IMG/VR virus record: IMGVR_UViG_3300043425_001539 | Coordinates: 62,001 to 126,000 of that record | Strand: one strand, 5' to 3' | Length of the DNA: 64,000 nucleotides | In this document: one piece after another, positions 37,801 through 46,865 of the stretch | Numbering within the stretch: the stretch's first letter is position 1 | How the letters are laid out: each line of letters opens with the position of its first letter | Position numbers and translations under genes: made by a program | The notes under the pieces: model-generated | The model's input: the letters and a program-made list of their open reading frames with translations, nothing else | The model's database searches: none | Told to the model about the DNA's origin: nothing

Positions 37801-39280
37801 GCGGATGTTCTACTCTAAAAATTACAAAATAATCAGGCAAAACTTTTCTCATCCACAAAGGAGCTAAGAAAGACAAATCTTCGTCATAAAATTTACTTCC
37901 TAATTGTTCTACGCCATAATTATAAAAATTATCATATTGCTGAAATAAAGATGTTTTTGTACTTTGATAATCTTCATCAGCTTGAAATAAATCAAAAACA
38001 ACCTCTTCAGGTGTGTCTTTAAAAAATGTATATAAATCTTTTTGATATGTAGATTCAGGACTAATAGTGAATCTTTTATATCGGCTATCTGATAATTGAG
38101 AGTTTGCATCAAACGAATTTAATGAAAGTTCTCCTTTAGAATCAACTGTCAGTTTAACATTTCCTGATAATTTAGGATTTGACTTTAATAAAGCATAAGA
38201 GCTTCTATCATCATATACGGTATTGGATGTATTTTTATTATTTTGATATGTTGTTCTTGAAGTTCTTACAGTAGTTTCGGCATATCCAAATATATGGAGT
38301 TCTTGATAATCAATGTTATCAGAGAACTCAGTAGGAATCATAGAAACATTTCCAGATTTTAATCCTAAAAATTCTGAAGCAAAACTATTAGGGTTATTTG
38401 GTCCTGTTATACTTTCAGGCATTATCACAGGAAATGCTTGTGATAACGGGCCAAAACTAGGATTATACCTAAAAATAAGAATATTTAATTTAAGATGACT
38501 GTCATTATTGCCTTCATAATCTATTCTTACAGTAATACCTCTATTTTTATCAAGTTCGGGTGATGATGAAATAATTTTTGATGAGCTGAAGCCCAATAAA
38601 TCCCTGGAAACAAAGCCTGTTCCAGTAAATCCACCAACAGAACTTCCTGTTGGATTATATGCTGTGCCATCAAACGGATTTATAACTGAACTATAATCAA
38701 TAGCTGTACCTGTTGCTGGAACACTATACACTAAATTTTCAAGTTCGCCTAATGAAACTGTGTTAAATTTCCAATTTTCTTTATCAACTTCAGAATAAAA
38801 TCCTACATTAATGTTTTTACTTGACAAAGATCCAGTTGCACCAACAAATGGTTCAGAACCACCAGTTGGTCCTGTCAAAGAAACTTTTGTTACAATACCG
38901 GATAATGTATTTAGGTATTCAACTTTTTCAATTATAACAGGCCCTTCGCTATTAGGTAAAAAATCTTGAGTATTTTTAACATATAATCCAGGGCCTATAT
39001 TATTAAAACCAAGAGTATTAACAGTTGATAAATCTTGATCAATAAAACCTTGTGATGTTAGGTTGCATTGCCCTCCTATTGCAGAAGTTTGAGAAATTTC
39101 AAATGTTCCTACACTTTCAAATGTACGAGTATTTGGATAAAAAAGGACATAAAGTGTTTCATCTTGTGCAAGTACGTCATCATTTCTATTAATAGTTAAA
39201 AATGTTGACGATTTTCCTTGCATTACAACTTCACGTTCAAAATCTATGTTGTAAAAATTAGGACCGTTTATATTACTCAT
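31808..39280 (-). CDS. Giant virion structural protein
   Basis: 2490 aa uninterrupted, Asn/Ser/Tyr/Phe-rich, in the structural block. Confidence 0.65.
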   Translation of the reverse strand: MSNINGPNFYNIDFEREVVMQGKSSTFLTINRNDDVLAQDETLYVLFYPNTRTFESVGTFEISQTSAIGGQCNLTSQGFIDQDLSTVNTLGFNNIGPGLYVKNTQDFLPNSEGPVIIEKVEYLNTLSGIVTKVSLTGPTGGSEPFVGATGSLSSKNINVGFYSEVDKENWKFNTVSLGELENLVYSVPATGTAIDYSSVINPFDGTAYNPTGSSVGGFTGTGFVSRDLLGFSSSKIISSSPELDKNRGITVRIDYEGNNDSHLKLNILIFRYNPSFGPLSQAFPVIMPESITGPNNPNSFASEFLGLKSGNVSMIPTEFSDNIDYQELHIFGYAETTVRTSRTTYQNNKNTSNTVYDDRSSYALLKSNPKLSGNVKLTVDSKGELSLNSFDANSQLSDSRYKRFTISPESTYQKDLYTFFKDTPEEVVFDLFQADEDYQSTKTSLFQQYDNFYNYGVEQLGSKFYDEDLSFLAPLWMRKVLPDYFVIFRVEHPLSLVTYNEGSVDDLFKDVFKDARIIKTFDMRDTSKLGKYIRKIVNDPRFIERPIEVSFDEDASTVWNGIVYKSGTIAGKGELLNDFWTTDKPIKEFENFITNGFERNGIISTNLINLEFLFDDPEANIYSINRYFGLYVSEIQLAEFELASSVLGKIPNQSPPPKPGVDGEPYSTRSFVQSNPNGIQLPIEYYHNTSFNNNTSSIPFYQGNVIGKFPLPAMVDDPLRIFYIKDRDDVFKRAISLSEVDYGFTGTTDYKRVTQVKLFDTQEDISKYGGPIQMISQNDALLLNEGQSQLIINLIDQGNNGSIIADDECLEINVKNYNNTDKNSQYYFQVSAVGGTATSFTFFQDQSVTSLSSSFVQPNVGENVTASFDSTQDLVENETIFIVSGGFYKIVNLISSTSAEIKNLGNPENSAQGTTINANALVGSYPTGIATYAYTALSYKLDIDTNISLDLEQGYSGNSSNYALLDSYEIIIEYPKYTLSVLNGSSGLNVIIKEQFKQFRWKMFANPTGLQKGKSWAFPVQDPNGYDWISNFSNDGNVNDIAKAISNCINSFDNSPAYALAEDNKIILKSKLKPLDGNTIEFKRHMISGKSYINNLGFYENGNVKVATNISTVSYAGLTSNESIGLNIVNNPNIAGDTFYFVKILKTSSGANIIIRSDVNALNVSTIQNTGTYYSFFTTNSNFSDTTIPFSIDTSNISLGSYQNFVIKLTVDTNASQLFIGGAQRRRSRARIAKLDGERYFQNNKSEILTGISLGSNIINVSTTEGIYVGGAVSGTGIPVNSYVLQINQNTKSVTINNTATETGNFNLSFGNLSILNNELFLQQWFQTAKSQYSRLLPWNVQGKYVYSLPYLDEPIFDNKNLISAFNEKNTYSIIEINDASQEFYLSDEKRIVAYEMYRPTIGLFSMFPIKEFDFDFFLSDYSYSPILETFRYFLNESIGENEYLELSSDENYVLLPQIIDPSDPGGIKKMPSFGSYQFSFEGFNEITSTWDNLSTVSVTSVSSETGFLINTYTPFYHYDTYEHPQKYDDGSEYLIRGSGYRNFERSLVSNKNPDNSITTIDVKKFRIRYLGGAGLPYLNIQKSDYSKDNDIKEFGGFVGITDILNINDQQEITRLKDEGKYVEAFLRQQLLSEYDRLRENYNKDFATLSRVVPFINKWVQEGTDARDNYYRLNTSRAFGRTNFSPDDSVDFAEPIILSHEFPYLDTVPKDYPEESLGSSRSYMFAKLSDIAYDNKSWYDLIMTDNSNDWFLKYFSVGYPSEQDYYGNLIPKPREERFTFLTLNPGIPRPQTLFRGAKIQVIDIDDSKIDLPEIANSVKYNEYKFAAIQRTVPYNFYETQSPLEIEIIKNDKFKSILIIITKRTHDYRTQSGLQDYVFNYSALDNLKNNNQQQFNISSAIGSNISTVAPYGVTGSSYDAQAAYRPRQLFFGGGYIQEGDPKLSGVIDTSNVLPSYNSTSDYLTFFLNSSDTYYPFSVSDEVNPFINKYPISLDSSYPFIYDIASTRIVPNSFSFEGFLNKFISTGFSDSTSTYFTYDFTDTRKSSDTILINSLGISSPLRYQYFKNSITSFGNSEGLNTFTYPNNSYPFLTLETFNIGGGIGFYQNTKNLFTFANIKKNINDSSPLVKYYKVTDNGKVEAQDFKLTIIAADQIIKKGVLNYIVDQDRPPQYANVNVIGYNIVNTNQNEVVIRHRGYYEPKSMDIISFWVREDESVTNHFEKDFLLANTRISSLPTYSGVIRNYGINKVADEEILKIPVNSAYKSVYEFIHEVAVDRKNINVLNSSWDAKYFRKYIDLNNYVDIDGYNEMKEFKTFMASKAMIIPKSLDVQTFLPNEITFTVLQPAISNGLTAQINVSRPRLFIELALQERLIRFIKENISYSNFDEFNWLNTNLGLNLTESELDTLKDIYIRENLLALYEVNNIFLYSVQRDDVPVFVSNLSESEKTTNGYRVDKDCQVSQLSKFNYTVTKTLDTKKSYGYTVSVTLKRV

Positions 39281-39293
39281 TATACATTAATTT

Positions 39294-42200
39294 TTATACA
39301 TTTGAGCGGAAAAGCGATTGAACACTTTCTTTTGTAAATGATATGTTTTCGACCACTTGTGCCACTTCAGGAACTGATTGTGCATCAACAAGAGCAATGC
39401 TGTCTTTTTTGTATGTTGAAGTCACTTGAACATCAAACGAAAATACAGGTTCATCTTGCTGGTAAATGTCAATACCTATTTTCTTAGTGTATGATAAATT
39501 TCGCAATGTTCCAACCCTTTGAGGATCATATCCTCCAAGTATTCCTAAACCGCCAGCAATTACACTTGTAACTGTTGAAGATATCCAAGGTCCAAAATAA
39601 TCAGTCATTCTGTATTGAAACACAATCGGAACAACTATTGCATTATCTGACCCAGGCTGAACGCTCTTATATGATCTTGCATCAACTCCATTAACCAACA
39701 ATTGATTAAATTGTGCAGGTCCTACAAAAAGATATGCTCCTACTGTTTGTGAACCTATTAAATATCTATCGTTATCAATAAATCCAAATTTGTTAGGCAA
39801 TTCATCAACAGATGATGGTGTGTAGGTTGATGGGAAAGGCGCTGATCCTGTTATATTAAGATTATTATCTTTGTAGCTAAGCTGTAAAGGCAAATATGAT
39901 GATAATCTTGCTGGTGCAGGTTCGTTAAAATAATTTGAATGTATAAACTCTGAAACAATCTCAGGCGCCTGCGGTAAACCAGTATTTGTGTTTAGATTAA
40001 CAGTAGGTAATTGGAGATTACTCATTGCTACTGTTGTGCCAACATTGTTAATAGCAGGATGCTGAATATGTACACAAAAATTTGTTAAATACCCATTTCC
40101 TGCTGCAGTATTTCCAGGAGTTACAGGAGAAACAACGTCCCACACCCACGGAGCGGTTGTTCCAAAAATACCCGATGCGGTTGTTCCAGGAATAGCAGTA
40201 ATTCCCGTGTCACCAAGATCGGGAATGAAACTTCTTGTTGCTGTTTGTCCATAAATAGGATTAGTTAAACCTACATCGGTATATCTACTATATAAAAATT
40301 GACCTAATAATTGTCCACTTTGATAAAATGAAGCAGATAATGTATTATCATTATTTGTATCTGTTGTATTTATACCTAAATTAACAATAGGAACATAATC
40401 ATATTTTCTATAATTATTATAATCTTGATCATTTACAGTAAATGATCCTCCTGTTGCTCCTGTTCCGCTGTAAGGAACCATTTGCCCAAATCCTCCTGGG
40501 AATCTTGATATTAATTTAAGAGGAGAAGCACTATCATTTTGCAGATATAAATAATATGTTTTAGTTAATATTGCGCCTCTTTGCTGCGCTGTTGGCAAAG
40601 AAGCAACTTGGTCTGCATAATATCCTGCAAATAAATTAACAGTAGAACCGTTTTGTACAGGTAATTTAGTATTGCTTTGATCATCAACCAAAAATATAGA
40701 TATTGGAGTAACCACTTCGTTTAAGCGATTTTCAAGATCTTGTATACGCAACTGCATTTCCTGTAACTTTTGATACAAAGATATAACGTTGCCGTCGGGT
40801 GTATAAAAATTTGAAGCAATTACATCCGCACTGTGAGCAAAATATTGTTCATTTGCTGTAAAAGAGGATGATAGGTGTTGATCCAAACCTTGTGCAGCTA
40901 AATCAGATTCAATGTCAACTTTTACCTTTTCTTGTGCCGCCTGCTGTAATGCAATTGTAGCTTCGTCTTCGGTAACCAAATCATTAGGAAATTCAAACGA
41001 TATTGTATTTGACGGCGAAGACAGAATTGGATTATTTGGCCATCCTGCCTCAGACACAGACACTACATAAAATTCAACTTTTTCTCCTTTAGATATAGGA
41101 ATATCTATTTGATTAATATTGATAACATCAGGATTAGTTATATCCTCATTTGCCCAAACGTATTTTCCTGTATTGCCATCATATATTTTTTTACGAACCG
41201 GTGATTTATACTCGTTTAAAGCTGAAAATGATGCTCTTTGTTTTGATCCATTAGGATCGGTATAATCGAATTGCTTAATATCAGTTGCACTGCCGTCAGG
41301 CCTAACATATCTATAATAAGTTATAAATTGAATTACATTCTGCGCACCTGTTTTTTGACTGATAACAGGATTTGGTATTTGAAAAAATCCACGTAATCTA
41401 TATTTAGGCGTATCTAATGCAGCTGGTGCATTTTGTGCAGCAGAATTTAGATCAGCAACAATGGACGCATATAAAGATGATTGTGAAGTTTTTTGCTTAA
41501 TTGCTCTGTCTAACTTATTTATATCAGACTTTCTTTCATTCTCATTTGCATATTTTTTGGAATTAATTTTAGATTTTAGAAAATCAATCGATTTTTCCAA
41601 TTCATTAATTGTTTGCTGAACTTGTATTTTATCAGATTGTTTTTTTCTGATTGCTTCAATTTCTGCTTGATCTAACTTATGATCATTTATTTGAACAACT
41701 TGAAAATTATTAATGTCAAGCACAGGAGCATTTGGAACTAATCCATCAAACGTAGAAATTGATCCATCTCTTGCGCTTGTTAATAAATAATTACCAAAAT
41801 CTAAAACAGAAGACTGATAAAAATCTTTGAGATTTGTGGTTCCAGTTGTTAATGAAATGTTTAAATCATTTGTAAAAAATCCAATGCCTGGTGACCAAGT
41901 TGTTGATAATAAATTTGCTTCATCGTTAATTGTTCTAAAAAATACAACAGTGTACTCATTATATCCTATCCCAACATTAATTAATTTAGGCGAAAATGTT
42001 TCTGAATAAAATTGAACATTTTCGCCAATAACTATCGGTTCGTATCCGCTTATTCTTGTCACTCTCACGTATCTTGTTGAGCTATCAATTTCAGCTATTT
42101 CATAAATAGTTTCGCCTTTAATTAATTTATCGCCGACCTTTAAAGTCATAGAATCTACAGATAATGATAAATTATCAGTATAAGTTAATTTATCAAACAG

Positions 42201-42911
42201 ATAAAATCTTTTTGTTGAAGTGGTGCCATCGGAATTAGTGTATGTTCTATCTTCATAATTAACAGGCAAAAAAGATCCTGTATAACGAACAACTGATAAC
42301 GGCAAATCATTTACGCCTTCATCTAAAAAATATGTTATACCTTGTTTTTGTAAGTCAACCAATAAGTTAACATAATTTATATTATTTTTTCCTTGGATGT
42401 TATTTTGAAAATACTCAAGTTGTGTTTGATTGCTAATGTTTAGAATCATCCTTTTCACAAACACCTTGGATTCTTCTTGCGGAATATAACGTGTTACATC
42501 AAAACTTACTTTTAACGCAGGACTCATCAGGTTTTCAAAAAACCAATTATTCTCTGAAATAAAAGTTGATGGAACAGCAACTTCTCCGATTGGAGAAGGA
42601 TTAACAGGAGTTTTTGCTTGATAGATTTTTTTATAAGTGCCATCAGGTTGTCTTATAAAAGCATCACTGCCGTCAAACCCCAACATTTTTGATATCGTGT
42701 TGTCAATCCTGTCTATGCTGGATTTAAGATATCCAAAAGAAGGTATTGAGTACGTTGATGTTGTTCCGTCATTTTCTTTGACCGAAATTTGAACTGTTTC
42801 AGAAACAGAAACAGTTGCTTGTTGCAACTGTTGCAATGTTTCTAATGAATTATTTTGCAGTCTAACAAAATCAGCAAGAACTGAGGATAAACTATTATTT
42901 GTGTCAGCCAT
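39294..42911 (-). CDS. Large virion structural protein with coiled-coil segments
   Basis: 1205 aa; heptads at IQVQQTINELEKSIDFLKSKI and LYQKLQEMQLRIQDLENRL. Confidence 0.6.
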   Translation of the reverse strand: MADTNNSLSSVLADFVRLQNNSLETLQQLQQATVSVSETVQISVKENDGTTSTYSIPSFGYLKSSIDRIDNTISKMLGFDGSDAFIRQPDGTYKKIYQAKTPVNPSPIGEVAVPSTFISENNWFFENLMSPALKVSFDVTRYIPQEESKVFVKRMILNISNQTQLEYFQNNIQGKNNINYVNLLVDLQKQGITYFLDEGVNDLPLSVVRYTGSFLPVNYEDRTYTNSDGTTSTKRFYLFDKLTYTDNLSLSVDSMTLKVGDKLIKGETIYEIAEIDSSTRYVRVTRISGYEPIVIGENVQFYSETFSPKLINVGIGYNEYTVVFFRTINDEANLLSTTWSPGIGFFTNDLNISLTTGTTNLKDFYQSSVLDFGNYLLTSARDGSISTFDGLVPNAPVLDINNFQVVQINDHKLDQAEIEAIRKKQSDKIQVQQTINELEKSIDFLKSKINSKKYANENERKSDINKLDRAIKQKTSQSSLYASIVADLNSAAQNAPAALDTPKYRLRGFFQIPNPVISQKTGAQNVIQFITYYRYVRPDGSATDIKQFDYTDPNGSKQRASFSALNEYKSPVRKKIYDGNTGKYVWANEDITNPDVININQIDIPISKGEKVEFYVVSVSEAGWPNNPILSSPSNTISFEFPNDLVTEDEATIALQQAAQEKVKVDIESDLAAQGLDQHLSSSFTANEQYFAHSADVIASNFYTPDGNVISLYQKLQEMQLRIQDLENRLNEVVTPISIFLVDDQSNTKLPVQNGSTVNLFAGYYADQVASLPTAQQRGAILTKTYYLYLQNDSASPLKLISRFPGGFGQMVPYSGTGATGGSFTVNDQDYNNYRKYDYVPIVNLGINTTDTNNDNTLSASFYQSGQLLGQFLYSRYTDVGLTNPIYGQTATRSFIPDLGDTGITAIPGTTASGIFGTTAPWVWDVVSPVTPGNTAAGNGYLTNFCVHIQHPAINNVGTTVAMSNLQLPTVNLNTNTGLPQAPEIVSEFIHSNYFNEPAPARLSSYLPLQLSYKDNNLNITGSAPFPSTYTPSSVDELPNKFGFIDNDRYLIGSQTVGAYLFVGPAQFNQLLVNGVDARSYKSVQPGSDNAIVVPIVFQYRMTDYFGPWISSTVTSVIAGGLGILGGYDPQRVGTLRNLSYTKKIGIDIYQQDEPVFSFDVQVTSTYKKDSIALVDAQSVPEVAQVVENISFTKESVQSLFRSNV

Positions 42912-42930
42912 TTTTTAAATTTTTATTCTT

Positions 42931-45084
42931 TTAGAATATGTCGTATGTAAATACATAATTTACAGGGTCCAAGCATACAATTTCAATAATTGGCTTATCA
43001 CCTTTTTCAGCAAATTCAAGATATGTTATAAATGCAGCTTCAGCTTCATAAGCAAATCCTGTATTTAATCTGTCTATAGCATCAGTGTAAACAATCAGAT
43101 TAAAATTACCGTTATTATTTGACATATCTATGCCATTTTTAAATGATATTCTATATGTCTGACCTTTTTTCCAAACTTGATCCGTATCATCTATTCTAAT
43201 AACAATGTCTCTATCTATTACATAAGGAACGCCTAATGTCCCATCTGTAATTTTTAAATAATTGGAAAAAGGCAACAATTTATCCGTGTATTGATATGTA
43301 TTTGGAAAAATTGTAAAATCATTTGTAATTGAAACTAAAGGTTTCGGGCCTAAATTAAATTCTTGATTGGAATTAACAATTTTTATTTGGTTTTCTTGTG
43401 TCTTATCCAAAAATATTCCTTCTCCGCTTGATATAACATCTAAATTATAAGAAACTTGAATTGACGAAGTATTGTTATATATGTTGACAATATCTTCATA
43501 ATTCTTTTGGATTAAAGCAAGTAAACTATTATTATTGGCAAATATTGCTTTATTATCATTTACAAGTTGTTCTAACGAATTTATTCTTTGAGATAATACT
43601 TCAGAATTTTGTGAATCTACAATTAAATTAACTAAAGAATTTACTTGATTTTGTAAATTATTGACTAATTGATTATTTTTATTCATTAGAGTAACAGATG
43701 CCATCATTTCGTTTAGGACATCCATATAAAGCTCAAGAGAATAAGGATTATAATCATTTATTGAAGTTTCAACTGCCGTATCTTCTGTGTTGACATCAAA
43801 CTTTAAGTTGATTCTGAAAGAATATGAATTGCCATTAACACCTGTAATGCTATTTGGCTTATATTTGGTTAACCGTGGAATATAGCCTCCGCCTGATGGA
43901 AGAGGATCAACGTTATCAAGAAAGAGAACACCAAATAAATTTGAGGTTGAATTTTCAAGAGTTGCAGGATCATATAAGTCATAATAAATAAGAATTGCAT
44001 TAAATTCAAACGTCTGAGCGGCTGCTGTTTCATTAAACTTGCCAAAATCAGTTATTCCTACATTGCCCATACCGCTATATGTAGCCGTGTCAAATTCAAG
44101 AGTTATACCGTCAAGGCGACTTCTTTTAAATTCAACAGATTTATTAACACTCTCAATTTTAAAAGTATCATTTGTTGGATCCAAAAATGTAGCAGGTTCA
44201 GTAAAAAACGTATTTGGCACAGGATTGGCAAACCACCATTGAAACCCTGGATTTCCTTGCTGAATATAAGATGCCGTTAACGCATCATAATAATAAAAAT
44301 CCGCTGTTGCTCCAAAAGGATCGGGAGTTGTAAATGTAAATGTATCACTGTCAAAAAATGCACGTGTGCTTAATCCTGCAGGATGCGCTGATATTGCCGA
44401 TCTTCCATAAATATATTCAGCATTTAATGGATCAGCTGGATCATTTGTGAAAACCATACCTGGTGAATAATTTACATCATCCACACATTTAAACATTACG
44501 GTAGGTGTATTGCCATGTGATGTTGGTATATAAACATAAACTTCGGTAAAAGCATTTGCATTATTTTTTACCGTATTTAAAATTCCAATATCTCCAATGT
44601 ATTTAATTACCTTTTCATATGATAAGCTGTTGTCTTCTTCAACATAATGTATACCAAACGAAGAATTAGATTGTTCTGTTCCAACAACTGCTTCTCTAAA
44701 TCGTATTGCACCTAATTCTTTTAGCCATTTGAAGAAAACCCTCTCAGAAACTGTTCTAAAAACGTTTTGGTCATAATCTTGTGATGAAGAAATCATTGAT
44801 TCAAGATTAAGACAATAATTTTGAAAAGATTCCGCTAAATAATCATTTTGAGTTTTACTTCCGTCAATCTCCTCATAAGCTCCAGGCGAATTTGAAAGTC
44901 CGATATAGTTTTCAAAATTAGTACTTGGATTTTCGATATTTGGTATATTTAGTAACGCAAATTTAGAAAATCTAAATTTTTTATCTGAACTATTGAATGA
45001 AAGACCTAAATCTTCAGAAGCTGAAGAAAAGGTGTAAAAGGTACCTCCCGCTAATCGAATAGGCCTAATTAATGGTGCTATCAT
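42931..45084 (-). CDS. Virion structural protein (probably tail/baseplate)
   Basis: 717 aa with an internal coiled coil; in the structural block. Confidence 0.55.
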   Translation of the reverse strand: MIAPLIRPIRLAGGTFYTFSSASEDLGLSFNSSDKKFRFSKFALLNIPNIENPSTNFENYIGLSNSPGAYEEIDGSKTQNDYLAESFQNYCLNLESMISSSQDYDQNVFRTVSERVFFKWLKELGAIRFREAVVGTEQSNSSFGIHYVEEDNSLSYEKVIKYIGDIGILNTVKNNANAFTEVYVYIPTSHGNTPTVMFKCVDDVNYSPGMVFTNDPADPLNAEYIYGRSAISAHPAGLSTRAFFDSDTFTFTTPDPFGATADFYYYDALTASYIQQGNPGFQWWFANPVPNTFFTEPATFLDPTNDTFKIESVNKSVEFKRSRLDGITLEFDTATYSGMGNVGITDFGKFNETAAAQTFEFNAILIYYDLYDPATLENSTSNLFGVLFLDNVDPLPSGGGYIPRLTKYKPNSITGVNGNSYSFRINLKFDVNTEDTAVETSINDYNPYSLELYMDVLNEMMASVTLMNKNNQLVNNLQNQVNSLVNLIVDSQNSEVLSQRINSLEQLVNDNKAIFANNNSLLALIQKNYEDIVNIYNNTSSIQVSYNLDVISSGEGIFLDKTQENQIKIVNSNQEFNLGPKPLVSITNDFTIFPNTYQYTDKLLPFSNYLKITDGTLGVPYVIDRDIVIRIDDTDQVWKKGQTYRISFKNGIDMSNNNGNFNLIVYTDAIDRLNTGFAYEAEAAFITYLEFAEKGDKPIIEIVCLDPVNYVFTYDIF

Positions 45085-45100
45085 TTAATTATTTTTTTTA

Positions 45101-45958
45101 TTAATATGCAACATACGGAGTGCTATTAAGTACTCTCCAACCGTTTCCTACTTGAGTATCAGCATAAAGAGTTATTGCCGCTTTTCTCAATTCATAGCTA
45201 TCACTATCAACAAAAGTTGCAGTAATTCCACTCATTAAAATGTCTTGATTGTATCCTGATGCAAGATTAACACTGCTAATACCAAATTGTGCACCAGTTG
45301 TTCCTGTTGCTGCAGGCTGATCTATAATAACCGTTATAATTTGTCCAGGAGTTACGTTTGCTGAAGATACGGCGGGCAATTGTATTTTAGTGCAACTTGT
45401 TGCCGCTAACGCAGGATCATACGTTGAATAATTTAAACGAATAACACTAATCTTAGGAAAATTTGAACCTGCTGTAATTTCTCTTACGGAAGAAGACGGA
45501 GTTTGTGCAAGGGTTTGTGGGTTTAGCAAATAAGCATTAGAAGCGCTTTGACCATCCAATTGCGGTGAAGAAAGAGCTGCATCAAGGTCAAATGGCAATT
45601 CACTCACAAAACTACTTCCATTAGTTGCAGTATCATCAAACACAACATTTCCACTAACCAATAAATCTAATCCAACATTTAATGCTTCAGTTATTGAAGT
45701 AGTTTTGGAAACGTTTAAATTTCCTTGAAATAAAGCTGATGCCTCACATGTAAAAATTTGTGAAGTGACTGGATTGGTATATCTTTTGATTAAAGCATTT
45801 CCTACATTTAAAGATCCGCCAGGTGTAAATGATGTATCTAAACGGGTCTCTATGTTATTAATAGCTGTTGCTAATGTAGAAAAATTTGAATTGATTGTAA
45901 TTCTTGAGCCTGCTATATTATCGCTGCCTAGAATTTCTGTAATTGATACGGTTGCCAT
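45101..45958 (-). CDS. Virion structural protein with gp9/gp10-like N-terminal motif
   Basis: MATVSITEILGSDNIAGSRITINSNFSTL resembles the N-terminus of ORF 26054-31774. Confidence 0.55.
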   Translation of the reverse strand: MATVSITEILGSDNIAGSRITINSNFSTLATAINNIETRLDTSFTPGGSLNVGNALIKRYTNPVTSQIFTCEASALFQGNLNVSKTTSITEALNVGLDLLVSGNVVFDDTATNGSSFVSELPFDLDAALSSPQLDGQSASNAYLLNPQTLAQTPSSSVREITAGSNFPKISVIRLNYSTYDPALAATSCTKIQLPAVSSANVTPGQIITVIIDQPAATGTTGAQFGISSVNLASGYNQDILMSGITATFVDSDSYELRKAAITLYADTQVGNGWRVLNSTPYVAY

Positions 45959-45962
45959 ATTT

Positions 45963-46014
45963 AATGTATTTTTTCTGCCTTTTTTCTATATATCAAAGGC
46001 AGAAAAAATACATT
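45963..46014. repeat. Perfect 20-bp inverted repeat with a 12-nt loop
   Basis: aatgtattttttctgccttt (45963-45982) and aaaggcagaaaaaatacatt (45995-46014) are exact reverse complements. Confidence 0.95.
45986..45994 (-). promoter_or_regulatory. Candidate late-promoter motif GATATATAG in the hairpin loop
   Basis: 27 nt upstream of the ATG at 45958. Confidence 0.65.
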
Positions 46015-46019
46015 GTGTT

Positions 46020-46859
46020 TTAACTATTTTTAATATAATTGGCTGGTAAATACTTTTCCCATTGCGGATCATACCAAAATCTTCTACCTGTTTTATCAAC
46101 AATTGATGCGCCTTTATTGTAGCATAGCATCCATTCTTTGAAAGTTTTTCCTTCAGTACCGTTTGGGTTAACCCAATCTTTAAGTTCACCTCCTCCTAAT
46201 TTGTAAGCATCTCTACAGCACAAATGAATGAATTTAATTAATGAATCCACTTCCAGTTGTGTCAACTTATTTGCTGGTTGAAAAGGATTAATATTCATTC
46301 TATAAAGAATTTCAGCTCTTAAATAATTGCCAACGCCATTAAATAGTGATTGATTCATAAGAATCTCGTTAAGCGGAGTATTAAAAACTTTTTGTTTATA
46401 CCAATTATGTCTTAAGTATTCCGAAAATTCATTAAATTCTGTAAGCGGGCAATAACCTCTATTTTTCGCCCACCCGTCAACCCATTTCCATTTAGCAAAT
46501 CTTCTAACGTCGTGCAAAAATAAATAATTTCCTTCTATTGTTTTGAATCTCAAATGAGCATGCTTCATAATTTTATCAAAATGCTCTGAGTTCTTTTTAA
46601 TATAAGCAAAATTCCCACTCATACCTAAAGTAACTGATAAACTCTTTTTAGGTAAACCATCACCTAACGGTATTAAATCAATAATCATTTCCTTGCCTCG
46701 AGTTTTTGCTTGCATTTTAAACACAACATCATCAAAACTGTCTAACGGAGTTTTAACTTTTGAAACTTCTGACTTTTCAACTTTATTAAAAAATGTTTCT
46801 TTGGATGAAACATAATTAATAAAATCTCCCATGATTTTAACTTCAGCTATTTCAGGCAT
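46020..46859 (-). CDS. nei: Fpg/Nei family DNA glycosylase (NEIL1-like, no four-Cys zinc finger)
   Basis: N-terminal MPE, RGKEM, LGMSG, DVRRFAKW, H2TH LMNQSLFNGVGNYLRAEILY, C-terminal GRRFWY. Confidence 0.88.
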   Translation of the reverse strand: MPEIAEVKIMGDFINYVSSKETFFNKVEKSEVSKVKTPLDSFDDVVFKMQAKTRGKEMIIDLIPLGDGLPKKSLSVTLGMSGNFAYIKKNSEHFDKIMKHAHLRFKTIEGNYLFLHDVRRFAKWKWVDGWAKNRGYCPLTEFNEFSEYLRHNWYKQKVFNTPLNEILMNQSLFNGVGNYLRAEILYRMNINPFQPANKLTQLEVDSLIKFIHLCCRDAYKLGGGELKDWVNPNGTEGKTFKEWMLCYNKGASIVDKTGRRFWYDPQWEKYLPANYIKNS

Positions 46860-46865
46860 AATATT

